In this document: in pieces, positions 8,594 through 16,025 of the stretch
Layout: each line of letters begins with the position of its first letter
Position numbering within the stretch: position 1 is the first letter of the stretch
Notes under the pieces: generated by a model
Database searches by the model: none
Told to the model about the DNA's origin: nothing
Seen by the model: only the letters and a program-made list of their open reading frames with translations
Assembly (NCBI GenBank): GCA_035289925.1
Contig: DATDVR010000005.1
Location: 45,692 to 109,691 of the forward strand
DNA: 64,000 bases
Reading direction: 5' to 3'
Source of the DNA: Candidatus Nanoarchaeia archaeon
Lineage (GTDB): Archaea; Nanobdellota; Nanobdellia; SCGC-AAA011-G17; DATDVL01
Made by a program: the position numbers and the translations under genes

Positions 8594-9403
8594 CTATTTT
8601 TTTATTCTGTAGAAATACTGTCCAACAAAATAAATAATTTCTGTCTTACCTTCATATCTATTTACAAATGAGCTTCCTTTTTCTGCTAATTTTTGCATAT
8701 CTTGAGAACTTTTAACTTCAATTAGTCCTTTGATATCAGGTAAATTTTTAACATTTATTATTTTAGATAATTCAATCCCTTCATCAGCAGGAATTCCGTT
8801 TTCAATTAGTACGGCTTTTTTTATAACTTTTAAATTTGTATTTTCAGTAATCACCAACGATTGATTAGCTGGGTTAGCATCAACAACAATAAACTTTAAT
8901 CCTCCAAATCCAGAATTGCCCATAAAACCTTCTTCAAATACATTAAAAATTTCCTCAAAAGGGCTTCCAGTAGTACTCTTTTTTCTTTTTCTAGTTCCGC
9001 CAGAAATAATAAGGTCTCCTTTGACAAGGGGTCTTCCAATTAGACTTTTCTTGAAAATAAATGGGTCTGCTTGAATCATTACACCTTGCTGTGCAGGCGC
9101 AATTGTAATTGACTTTGCTTCTTTAACATCTGCTTTCCTTATTCTAACATAGTCTCCAATCCCAGTTTTAGCATTTCTTCTTATTATGCCATCAATTCTC
9201 ATTATCTCTTGCCCAATATCAGAAGGATAGGCTCTATCAACAATGCCTAATGTAATCCTATCGCCTTCTATTTCAATAATGTCACTTGGCTTAACATTTA
9301 TTTCCCTCATAGTCTGGCTGTCAATCCTTACTATTCCTTTGTAAGCTTCTTCTTGCAAAGCTTCCTGTACTTTCAACCTAACTTCTTGTGTTTTTGTTTT
9401 CAT
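8594..9403 (-). CDS. stand-alone Cdc48/VAT N-terminal domain protein (no AAA+ module) with an uncharacterised C-domain
   Basis: VRLKVQEA..EAYKGIVRIDSQTMREINVKPSDIIEIEG.. ..MRIDGIIRRNAKTGIGDYVRIRK..V.EAKSITIAP is the double-psi-barrel signature of Cdc48-N. The start is trimmed to MKTKTQ (ATG 9403-9401). Confidence 0.7.
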   Translation of the reverse strand: MKTKTQEVRLKVQEALQEEAYKGIVRIDSQTMREINVKPSDIIEIEGDRITLGIVDRAYPSDIGQEIMRIDGIIRRNAKTGIGDYVRIRKADVKEAKSITIAPAQQGVMIQADPFIFKKSLIGRPLVKGDLIISGGTRKRKKSTTGSPFEEIFNVFEEGFMGNSGFGGLKFIVVDANPANQSLVITENTNLKVIKKAVLIENGIPADEGIELSKIINVKNLPDIKGLIEVKSSQDMQKLAEKGSSFVNRYEGKTEIIYFVGQYFYRIKK

Positions 9404-9914
9404 TTTGTTTTTTAGTTTTGTAAAAGTATTCATCAACAATAAAAATTAATTGAGTCTTATCTTCATAACAATTAACAAAAGAATAAGTTTCTATCAACTT
9501 TTTTAAGTCTTCTATGCTTCTTAGTTCTATTAAATTAGAAGTATCTGGTAAAGATTTTATATAAACAACTTTAGACTTGGGCATACCGTTATTATCTATA
9601 GCTTCGTGGTTTACATTAATTATGGTATTTTCAGTTATTTTCACTTCGCCCTTTGGTTCAGTAGAATTAACAAAGAAAGTAATTGAGCTGAAAAAACCTG
9701 CAAAGTTTTCAAATATTTCTTCAAATTGTCCTTTAGATTTTCTTGGTTTTTTATCAGGTTCTATTAAATCACCTTCTTTTATGACTTTACCAATTAAACT
9801 ATTTTTGAAATGATTTAAAGCTTCAATATAAACAGTTATTTTTACTCCTTCTATTGGACTTAAAGTAACTTCTTTTGCTTCAACACTTTTTGTCTTTTTT
9901 AAGAATTCTAGCAT
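9378..9914 (-). CDS. paralogue of the C-terminal domain of 8594..9403 with a degenerate N-domain
   Basis: The C-terminal halves align (ITENT..V....A....NG.P......I.....LPD...LIE..S..D..KL.E..SFVN.YE.KT..I..V..YFY..KK). Confidence 0.55.
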   Translation of the reverse strand: MLEFLKKTKSVEAKEVTLSPIEGVKITVYIEALNHFKNSLIGKVIKEGDLIEPDKKPRKSKGQFEEIFENFAGFFSSITFFVNSTEPKGEVKITENTIINVNHEAIDNNGMPKSKVVYIKSLPDTSNLIELRSIEDLKKLIETYSFVNCYEDKTQLIFIVDEYFYKTKKQNENKNTRS

Positions 9915-9958
9915 GATATTTAATTCATCTAATAAATATATAACCCTTTCTATCTTTC

Positions 9959-10126
9959 CTAAAGCGTTCTTGAACGTTCTTTATGTCTCTCAAGATATAA
10001 TTTAGCCTTATCAGGATGAAGCCTGTTAAAATGCCTCTGTCTGCAATATGAAGAACAAAAGATTTTCCGGCTTACCTCGCTTTTGATTTCAATGTCCTTA
10101 AAACAGGTTTTGCATTTACGAAACAT
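9959..10126 (-). CDS. 55-aa zinc-ribbon protein
   Basis: Hand-translated as MFRKCKTCFKDIEIKSEVSRKIFCSSYCRQRHFNRLHPDKAKLYLERHKERSRTL, with CxxC...CxxxC. It starts 2 nt after the upstream stop and is below the ORF-track cut-off. Confidence 0.45.
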   Translation of the reverse strand: MFRKCKTCFKDIEIKSEVSRKIFCSSYCRQRHFNRLHPDKAKLYLERHKERSRTL

Positions 10127-10128
10127 TT

Positions 10129-10443
10129 TTAGTGTCCTCCAACCCTTGACAAGCTAAATAAACCTTTATTTGTGCCAGAATCTGGATTTAGGAAACAATC
10201 TCTACATACTTTTTCATTTGCCTTACCAAAATCTACATGATTAGTGTCTTCCTTTATATTTCTCTTACAGCAAAAACACTTTGGATAGACAGGCTCTGAT
10301 GCCTTCACGATTGTTATATCAGCTATCTTTTTAGCAATAGCCTCGTCTGCGATTCCTGAAAGGTTTAGCCCAAATTTTTTAGCTTCTTGTAGTGTTTCAT
10401 AATCAATTGATAGATTTACAGGTATTTTTCTTTTTTCAACCAT
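10129..10443 (-). CDS. RHH/CcdA-like antitoxin-type N-domain fused to a Cys-rich Zn-binding tail
   Basis: VNLSIDYETLQEAKKFGLNLSGIADEAIAKKI matches the 'NlsldaeLl.eAk..giNlS' antitoxin pattern. The tail is CFCC...CRDC. The start is trimmed to Met-12. Confidence 0.5.
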   Translation of the reverse strand: MVEKRKIPVNLSIDYETLQEAKKFGLNLSGIADEAIAKKIADITIVKASEPVYPKCFCCKRNIKEDTNHVDFGKANEKVCRDCFLNPDSGTNKGLFSLSRVGGH

Positions 10444-10485
10444 AGTCAAAACCCGAATGCATATATGCGTGTGCATATGCGCATA

Positions 10486-10704
10486 TCATTTTTTAGTCAC
10501 TCCTAAAATTTTTGAATTCTCTTGTGAAAGTTCAATCTCTTTCAATAATCCAAGAGTTATCAATTCCTTACAGTAAGAAGACAACGAAATTCCACGTTTG
10601 CGGGAGTTTTCTTTTACCAGACTTAAAATAGTGATTTCATTAAGGCTTCTTTGAAGTAATATTTGAATCCTATCATTTCCAATCCAAGTTTGTAATCTTG
10701 CCAT
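10486..10704 (-). CDS. small hypothetical (possibly DNA-binding) protein
   Basis: ORF only. Same strand as the neighbouring small genes and tightly spaced with them. Confidence 0.35.
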   Translation of the reverse strand: MARLQTWIGNDRIQILLQRSLNEITILSLVKENSRKRGISLSSYCKELITLGLLKEIELSQENSKILGVTKK

Positions 10705-10823
10705 TTTTGAGTATAAAGCTTTTAAAGTCTAAAGAATTAACAGCTATTGGTTAAATGCTGCAATTCTTTTTTCTTTATTTTTTGGTGTTTGAATTTACAT
10801 TGCCAAGCAACTCTCTTAACCAT

Positions 10824-10985
10824 TCAGGTAACTCCATCTTTGACCCCCTTAATTTCTAAATAATTATAAATCAAAAGTCTAATCAAACCAGCAACAGAAC
10901 GTTGCTGTAGTTTGGCTTTTTGTTGTAGTTTCAAAACTACTGATTTATCCAGTCTTACACAAAAGTTGATTTTTGCTTCAGTCAT
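10824..10985 (-). CDS. 53-aa ribbon-helix-helix (CopG/Arc-type) protein
   Basis: Hand-translated as MTEAKINFCVRLDKSVVLKLQQKAKLQQRSVAGLIRLLIYNYLEIKGVKDGVT. It reads as a beta-strand (INFCVRLD) followed by two helices with the RS..gLIr motif. It is below the ORF-track cut-off. Confidence 0.5.
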   Translation of the reverse strand: MTEAKINFCVRLDKSVVLKLQQKAKLQQRSVAGLIRLLIYNYLEIKGVKDGVT

Positions 10986-11044
10986 TTTATATTAAAGAGA
11001 GAGATTTATATATAGTTTTAACCAACTTACACTGGTGTGTAACA

Positions 11045-11584
11045 ATGAAGAAGAAACCAATAATCAAAGACCATATTATTTCTTACAGAACCGATAAAAA
11101 AGCAGCATTTTTGATGTGTCTAATATTGGCTGCCATGGAAAATAAAGGTATAGTTGATATGAGCACCATAAAAATAAAAGCAAAAAAAGAAGGATATAAA
11201 GGATTAGGATATAGTGCTACAATATTCAATAATTACAAAGATGAGTTGGTAAGGAAAGGTATTTTAAAAAAGTTAAAGAATTATGGTGAAAAGGATTTAA
11301 GAAAGCAAATTTATCAATTAAATTTAAAAAAATTTGATAATTATATAGAAAGGTATAACGAAGAAACAAAAGAAAATACTTCTCTAAATAAGGCACTAAA
11401 GATTTCATTATTGTTAGATTTGTTGAACGAAATTCCATATTCTAAAAAATTAATAGAGCAGCTTAAGCAGGAAATCATTAATAAAAATAAGATTGATGAA
11501 AAAACGATGAATAAATATGATAAGCTATATCAAGAAACTGGAAAGAAAGTAATACACCGTTTAATTTTCGAGCTTAAGAGTTAA
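11045..11584 (+). CDS. winged-helix-like protein, unknown function
   Basis: The start is trimmed to ATG 11045, because the track start at 10973 is TTG and overlaps the RHH gene. DELVRKGILKKL is wHTH-like. Confidence 0.45.
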   Translation: MKKKPIIKDHIISYRTDKKAAFLMCLILAAMENKGIVDMSTIKIKAKKEGYKGLGYSATIFNNYKDELVRKGILKKLKNYGEKDLRKQIYQLNLKKFDNYIERYNEETKENTSLNKALKISLLLDLLNEIPYSKKLIEQLKQEIINKNKIDEKTMNKYDKLYQETGKKVIHRLIFELKS

Positions 11585-11616
11585 GAGCAAGTGAATTAAG
11601 GGTATTAAAAGAATTT

Positions 11617-12108
11617 TTAAGAGGGATAACATTTCATTTTTTCTTTAGATAAACTGGAGCCATCTACTTTAATCTTTACACAGATATTCTTTATAGGCTT
11701 GGAGTGATTGTCAATACCTGTTATGTAAAATATAAACTTCCATTCACCTTTGTTGCTAAAACTCTGTTGTAAATAGGTCTTTTCACACCTTTTTTTGATA
11801 TCTATTGGCTCTGGAACAATACTCAGACAGGTAATATTGTAGTCATTAGGGCTTTCACTTGGAAAGATGTATAAATCCGTATATTTTTGGTCATTATATG
11901 TGTTCTTTATTAAAAATTCAAGTTTCCCATCGTTAAAATTTAAACCACGTATTGAGAGCGGATTATAATTTAATGTATCATAAATCAGATTATCTCCGTA
12001 ATTAATCCAAAATGTGAGCAACACTGCAACGACAAAAATTGAGCTACCCCATTTAACAATTGGTTTTTCAGCAGCATGCTTAAAGAAGGCTATAATTTTA
12101 TTCATCAT
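11617..12108 (-). CDS. membrane-anchored/secreted protein, unknown
   Basis: N-terminal TM helix. A 4-nt overlap with the upstream lipoprotein gene. Confidence 0.45.
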   Translation of the reverse strand: MMNKIIAFFKHAAEKPIVKWGSSIFVVAVLLTFWINYGDNLIYDTLNYNPLSIRGLNFNDGKLEFLIKNTYNDQKYTDLYIFPSESPNDYNITCLSIVPEPIDIKKRCEKTYLQQSFSNKGEWKFIFYITGIDNHSKPIKNICVKIKVDGSSLSKEKMKCYPS

Positions 12109-12551
12109 CTTGTTATAGTTATATCTACAGATTGGCTACTGTAAACTATTGTGCCTTCTTGATTGCTTAAAACCAATAAAATCTTTTGAGTTCCATAGCA
12201 ACCTTCTTTATAAGCTTCCCATCTATTACCAACTGTTGGTGAGACTTTGACAGAATAAGAATCTTCTTTCTTGTCAATCTTAACATTAACCTTTGTCTCT
12301 TCCTCACTTAATCTTATACATTCTTTATTATATTGATAAGAAACTTTTCCTGTAAAGTCTAAGTTTGTTGGATTTTTTATAGTATAAATAAGAGTTACAA
12401 CTTTATTGAAATCATCAACATATTCGCTTGGTTTTAAATAACTAGGCTCTGCTTTTGTTCCTTCTGGCGTGAATGCAGGGCTAGTTTGGCAACCAGAAAA
12501 CAAAAAAGATAGCAATATCATCAACATAATAATTTTATAATTTATTCTCAT
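12105..12551 (-). CDS. lipoprotein, unknown
   Basis: Signal plus lipobox (LLSFLFSGC). Confidence 0.5.
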   Translation of the reverse strand: MRINYKIIMLMILLSFLFSGCQTSPAFTPEGTKAEPSYLKPSEYVDDFNKVVTLIYTIKNPTNLDFTGKVSYQYNKECIRLSEEETKVNVKIDKKEDSYSVKVSPTVGNRWEAYKEGCYGTQKILLVLSNQEGTIVYSSQSVDITITR

Positions 12552-12632
12552 TTTAACCTCCTAAGGCTAAGATTTACTATAATTTCAGCAATATAAAGTT
12601 TTTTGTTTGCAAAATTATGGTATAACTAAATT

Positions 12633-13940
12633 CTAGTTTCCTACAACTTCTTTAATCTTCTGCAACAATTCAATGCTTTTAGGCTGCTTTGACAGCTCTT
12701 TAGTCCTTTCCTTAATAACTTCATCTTCCATTATCAAATTAATAAAATCCATTATTCTTGCATTTTTGTTGTCCAAAGCTTCTACAGCATCCATACTTGA
12801 AAGCTTATTGCAAAAAGGACAAATTGGCTTGTCTTCCAATAAAACTTTATGGCAGCTTATACACTTCTTTAGCTTCTTGATTCCATTTGTTCTGTCTAAA
12901 ATGCCTTGACTTTCGAGTAAAGCATTATTTGCATCAGCAGAAACTACATGGCTATAAGTGCTTAACTGCGAACTGTCGAGTGTCCAGCCAAAATAAGCTT
13001 TAGCTTGCTGTTCCCCAATTATTTTATTGGCTAATAAATGTGAAACCCTGCTATGTCTAAACAGATGATTGTAAACTCTCTTATTTATCCCTGCTCTTGC
13101 TGTTAACCTCTTGATTGTCTTTGTAAAGCTTGCGTAACCTAACTTCTCGCCCCTGTTCCTATCTTTGCTTTTATGGCTTATTTCTACAACCCATAAAGGA
13201 CTATCAGCTTTTGGAACTGGATGATGCTGCAGCCAAGCATCAATGTAAGGAGCAGACATTATAGCAATTACAGTTCGTTGACCTGTTTTTCCATTCAAAT
13301 CAATCTCATAAACAGAGTTTTTCTTTCCTTTTGCTTCATATTCTTTTCTTGTTAGGTTCTTAATTTTCAGATTGCCAACTTCGCTAATCCTAGCCCCAGT
13401 TTCATACAGCACAGAAAGAAAGGCTTTATGTTGGATGTTTGTTGCAGCTTCTATAATCCTTGAAACTTCTTCTTCTGTCAAGATGTCAGAAGCAGCTATC
13501 TTTTTCTGATTTTTCTTCTTTATGTAAGTGTTAATCCATTCTACATTTTCAGGATAATCTTTTCTATTGAAAGCTTTGTCTCTGAAAGTAAGCCATCTTC
13601 CAAATTTCTTTAAGATTACTTTGAACTTGGCCTTTGTGTCCTCGCTGTAAAGTTTACCTAATGGAGTTTTGCCTTCTTCTATTCCAATAATTATGTTTTC
13701 ATAGTCCTGTTTTGTAAGCTTGTCAAAGTCTTTTTTAACCCATTTGTTAGAAATAGTAATCAAGCTGTCAATATACTTGATTCTTGTTGCAAATTCAAGG
13801 TTTTCAACTATTGTGCATTTCCTTTCAAATTCTAAAATCAAGTCCTTGTTTACCTTACTTATGCTTGAAGCTTGCAATCTTTCTTTAACTCTTTCATAGA
13901 TGCCTTTGTAATTGTATAAGTCCTGTTCTTGCTTTGCCAT
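12633..13940 (-). CDS. tyrosine recombinase/integrase with a C-terminal zinc ribbon
   Basis: ETGARISEV (Arg box), HLFRHSRVSHL (HxxR) and the LSTYSHV catalytic-Tyr region, plus CISCH...CPFC. It sits adjacent to tRNA-Ser. The start is trimmed to MAKQEQ (ATG 13940-13938). Confidence 0.85.
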   Translation of the reverse strand: MAKQEQDLYNYKGIYERVKERLQASSISKVNKDLILEFERKCTIVENLEFATRIKYIDSLITISNKWVKKDFDKLTKQDYENIIIGIEEGKTPLGKLYSEDTKAKFKVILKKFGRWLTFRDKAFNRKDYPENVEWINTYIKKKNQKKIAASDILTEEEVSRIIEAATNIQHKAFLSVLYETGARISEVGNLKIKNLTRKEYEAKGKKNSVYEIDLNGKTGQRTVIAIMSAPYIDAWLQHHPVPKADSPLWVVEISHKSKDRNRGEKLGYASFTKTIKRLTARAGINKRVYNHLFRHSRVSHLLANKIIGEQQAKAYFGWTLDSSQLSTYSHVVSADANNALLESQGILDRTNGIKKLKKCISCHKVLLEDKPICPFCNKLSSMDAVEALDNKNARIMDFINLIMEDEVIKERTKELSKQPKSIELLQKIKEVVGN

Positions 13941-14003
13941 ATCATTTACCTGTCCTTTCGTGCTTAAAAAACTGATACTAAAAGATATGGACAAAGAATA
14001 ATA

Positions 14004-14087
14004 CGCCGCGACTGGGATTTGAACCCAGATATCCTTTCGGAAACAGGATTAGCAATCCTGCGCGATACCAGGTTATGCGATCGCGGC
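14004..14087 (-). tRNA. tRNA-Ser (anticodon GCU), class II with a long variable arm
   Basis: The reverse complement folds as acceptor GCCGCGA/TCGCGGC, anticodon stem CAGGA/TCCTG with loop TTGCTAA, variable arm TTTCCGAAAGGATAT, and T-arm CTGGG-TTCAAAT-CCCAG. The discriminator is G. Confidence 0.85.
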
Positions 14088-14129
14088 ACAGCCTAAACAG
14101 GATATAAATGATTTATAAAACTTTAGCTT

Positions 14130-14336
14130 TTAAGTCAATTCTACTTCCCAGACTTCTTCATTATAATTAGAATCAAACTTTTTAATTATTAAAATAACTC
14201 CTTTTTTACTTAAACTTGAAAGAACTTCCTTTACCTTTGCTGTCTTAAAACCTGTGGTAAGAATCAATTGTCTGGAATTAGAATTTCCATCCTTGATGCC
14301 TTCAATAATTATTTCCTCATCTTGAGAAAGAATCAT
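14130..14336 (-). CDS. small winged-helix-like protein
   Basis: NSRQLILTTGFKTAKVKEVLSSLSKKGVI resembles an HTH plus wing. Confidence 0.4.
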   Translation of the reverse strand: MILSQDEEIIIEGIKDGNSNSRQLILTTGFKTAKVKEVLSSLSKKGVILIIKKFDSNYNEEVWEVELT

Positions 14337-14352
14337 AAAAAAAGAAAGGGGA

Positions 14353-14586
14353 TTATTTCCCCATCATCATGCTAGAGCAACTGCCGCAGTATCCCTTGCA
14401 TTTTAGCATCTTTCCAATTGCCCAAACTAAGATTCCACCTGCATAGTAAGCAAGTATCATCCACAAGGCATAGCTCTGGGTCTGTGCTATGAAGCCTTTT
14501 ACAAATAGAAATACACCTACTGCCATGACGATTACTCCTATAACCATCATGAACCAATTGCATTCGCATTTTCCTGCTTTAGCCAT
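14353..14586 (-). CDS. small Cys-rich two-TM membrane protein
   Basis: The start is trimmed to MAKAGKCECNWF. Two hydrophobic helices are flanked by CxC and CxxxCxxC clusters. Confidence 0.45.
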   Translation of the reverse strand: MAKAGKCECNWFMMVIGVIVMAVGVFLFVKGFIAQTQSYALWMILAYYAGGILVWAIGKMLKCKGYCGSCSSMMMGK

Positions 14587-14667
14587 TATACATACCTCCT
14601 TAAAATATGTTTTAAAATATAACGGAATAGGACTATATAAAGTTTTTTGTAAGCTTTGCACATAAAT

Positions 14668-15732
14668 CTAAGCAAAAATACAATTCTGCATTTTTATTGT
14701 GCTTGTTTCTTCATTATTGCTAATGAGAGACTTCAGGGCAGAAGCTTCTACCCCTGATTTAAGCATGTAGCTTAAACCCCGTTTGCTTATATTAAAGGCC
14801 GCATTCCTATCTGCATTATCTTCATATCTACAATTATTGCAGGAAAACCAATTGCCTTTTCTGCTTCCTATACTGCCACAGACAGTACAGGTTTTTGAAG
14901 TATATGCTTCATTCACAAAGATAACCGGCACTCCTTTTTCCTTTGCCTTATATTCAATATATTTATTAAATTTGTAATAAGAAAAATTATTTAGTTTTCT
15001 ATTAAATTTTCTTCCTTTATTTTTATTCAAATATTTTAATTCTCCAACTACAACTGCAGATTTGGTATTATAAGCAAGGTTTATAATATCTTTAGATATT
15101 TTATGTAATCTGGAGTTTATCTTGTTCTTTTCTTTGTTTCTTATCTTCTTAATTTGCTTTATATAATTGTTCTTTCCTAACTTTTTTCTTAGGTAATAAT
15201 ACTTACCCCTAATCTCTTTGATTTCCTTTCCTAAGAAAAATGTTTTTCTTGTTTTTAAGTCAACCATTACAATTGGATTTCTTAATCCTAGGTCCAAACC
15301 AAGAATATTTTTTGGCTGATAAACTTTAGGCTCTTCAATTTCAATCACAAAATGAATGTAATATTTATTATTCTTTCTTACCAAGTAAGAGTCTTTTAAT
15401 TCATATTTTTCTGGCAAAGGCTGGTGAAATTTCAACGGCAACCAGATTCCCTGTCCTTTTCTTCTGCTATTAGGGATCTTAATCCAGTTTTTAGTCAGTT
15501 TAGTATCCCGAGTTCTAAACCAATTTTTAATGAACCTTGTCTGCAAAGGTAAAGGATATTCTAGATAATTAACAATTTTTTGCTTGTGTCCTTTAGCAGC
15601 TTTAAAAGCGCTTAATAATCCCTTATCTACCCCAAATATCATCCACCATTGATAGTTAAAATAATCATTATCTAACAGTTCTTTTTTTATATTTGTTAGT
15701 CCTATTATAGAAGCTTTAATTGTTTTCTGCAT
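14668..15732 (-). CDS. tnpB: TnpB (IS200/IS605-family OrfB, RuvC-like RNA-guided nuclease family); no tnpA nearby
   Basis: ILGLDLGLRNP (RuvC-I), the VVVGELKYL glutamate region, and the zinc ribbon CTVCGS...CNNCRYEDNADRNAAFNI (RuvC-III). Confidence 0.85.
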   Translation of the reverse strand: MQKTIKASIIGLTNIKKELLDNDYFNYQWWMIFGVDKGLLSAFKAAKGHKQKIVNYLEYPLPLQTRFIKNWFRTRDTKLTKNWIKIPNSRRKGQGIWLPLKFHQPLPEKYELKDSYLVRKNNKYYIHFVIEIEEPKVYQPKNILGLDLGLRNPIVMVDLKTRKTFFLGKEIKEIRGKYYYLRKKLGKNNYIKQIKKIRNKEKNKINSRLHKISKDIINLAYNTKSAVVVGELKYLNKNKGRKFNRKLNNFSYYKFNKYIEYKAKEKGVPVIFVNEAYTSKTCTVCGSIGSRKGNWFSCNNCRYEDNADRNAAFNISKRGLSYMLKSGVEASALKSLISNNEETSTIKMQNCIFA

Positions 15733-15870
15733 CAGATAATTTAATAAGTAATTTTCATTTATAAGTCTTCATAAGGTGTTTGTCACGTGTCTATATTCTG
15801 CAGCATATAATTTATGTGCAAAGTCATTTTTGTAGAAAGGTTTAAAAAGCTACTTTGAGACTTAAAAATT

Positions 15871-16025
15871 AGCAGGGTGGAACAGCTAGGAGATACTTGA
15901 CAAAAAGTACCTAAATGTTCGTCACTTGACGTATGAGTCAGCGAAAAGGGCTCATAAGCTGTTTGGAGACACCCGAAAATAATACAATATCGGGAAGGTC
16001 GGAAGTTCAAATCTTCCCCCTGCTA
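15871..16025 (+). tRNA. initiator tRNA-Met (CAU) gene interrupted by four putative BHB introns (15893-15915, 15924-15947, 15957-15970, 15978-15996; boundaries +/-1 nt)
   Basis: A perfect 3' half (GGAAG-TTCAAAT-CTTCC, CCCTGCT, A) matches the acceptor strand AGCAGGG 155 nt upstream. Removing the four segments gives a 75-nt cloverleaf with all stems Watson-Crick, A1:U72, and GGG/CCC closing the anticodon stem. Each segment has bulge-helix-bulge-like flanks (see findings). Confidence 0.7.

Larger units (their letters stand above)
2504..14014. mobile_element. integrated element (provirus/plasmid-like island) at tRNA-Ser(GCU)
   Basis: Direct repeats of the tRNA 3' end lie at both borders. A tyrosine integrase sits next to the intact tRNA. 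The cargo is small RHH/wHTH/Zn-ribbon proteins, defence-like genes and lipoproteins. Confidence 0.6.

Noticed and set aside
14372-14569. 65-aa alternative-frame ORF
   Set aside because: It is nested in the small Cys-rich membrane protein gene. The other frame gives clean TM helices.
15783-16010. 75-aa minus-strand ORF from the track
   Set aside because: It overlaps the tRNA-Met gene and its introns. It has no coding features, so I treat it as spurious.
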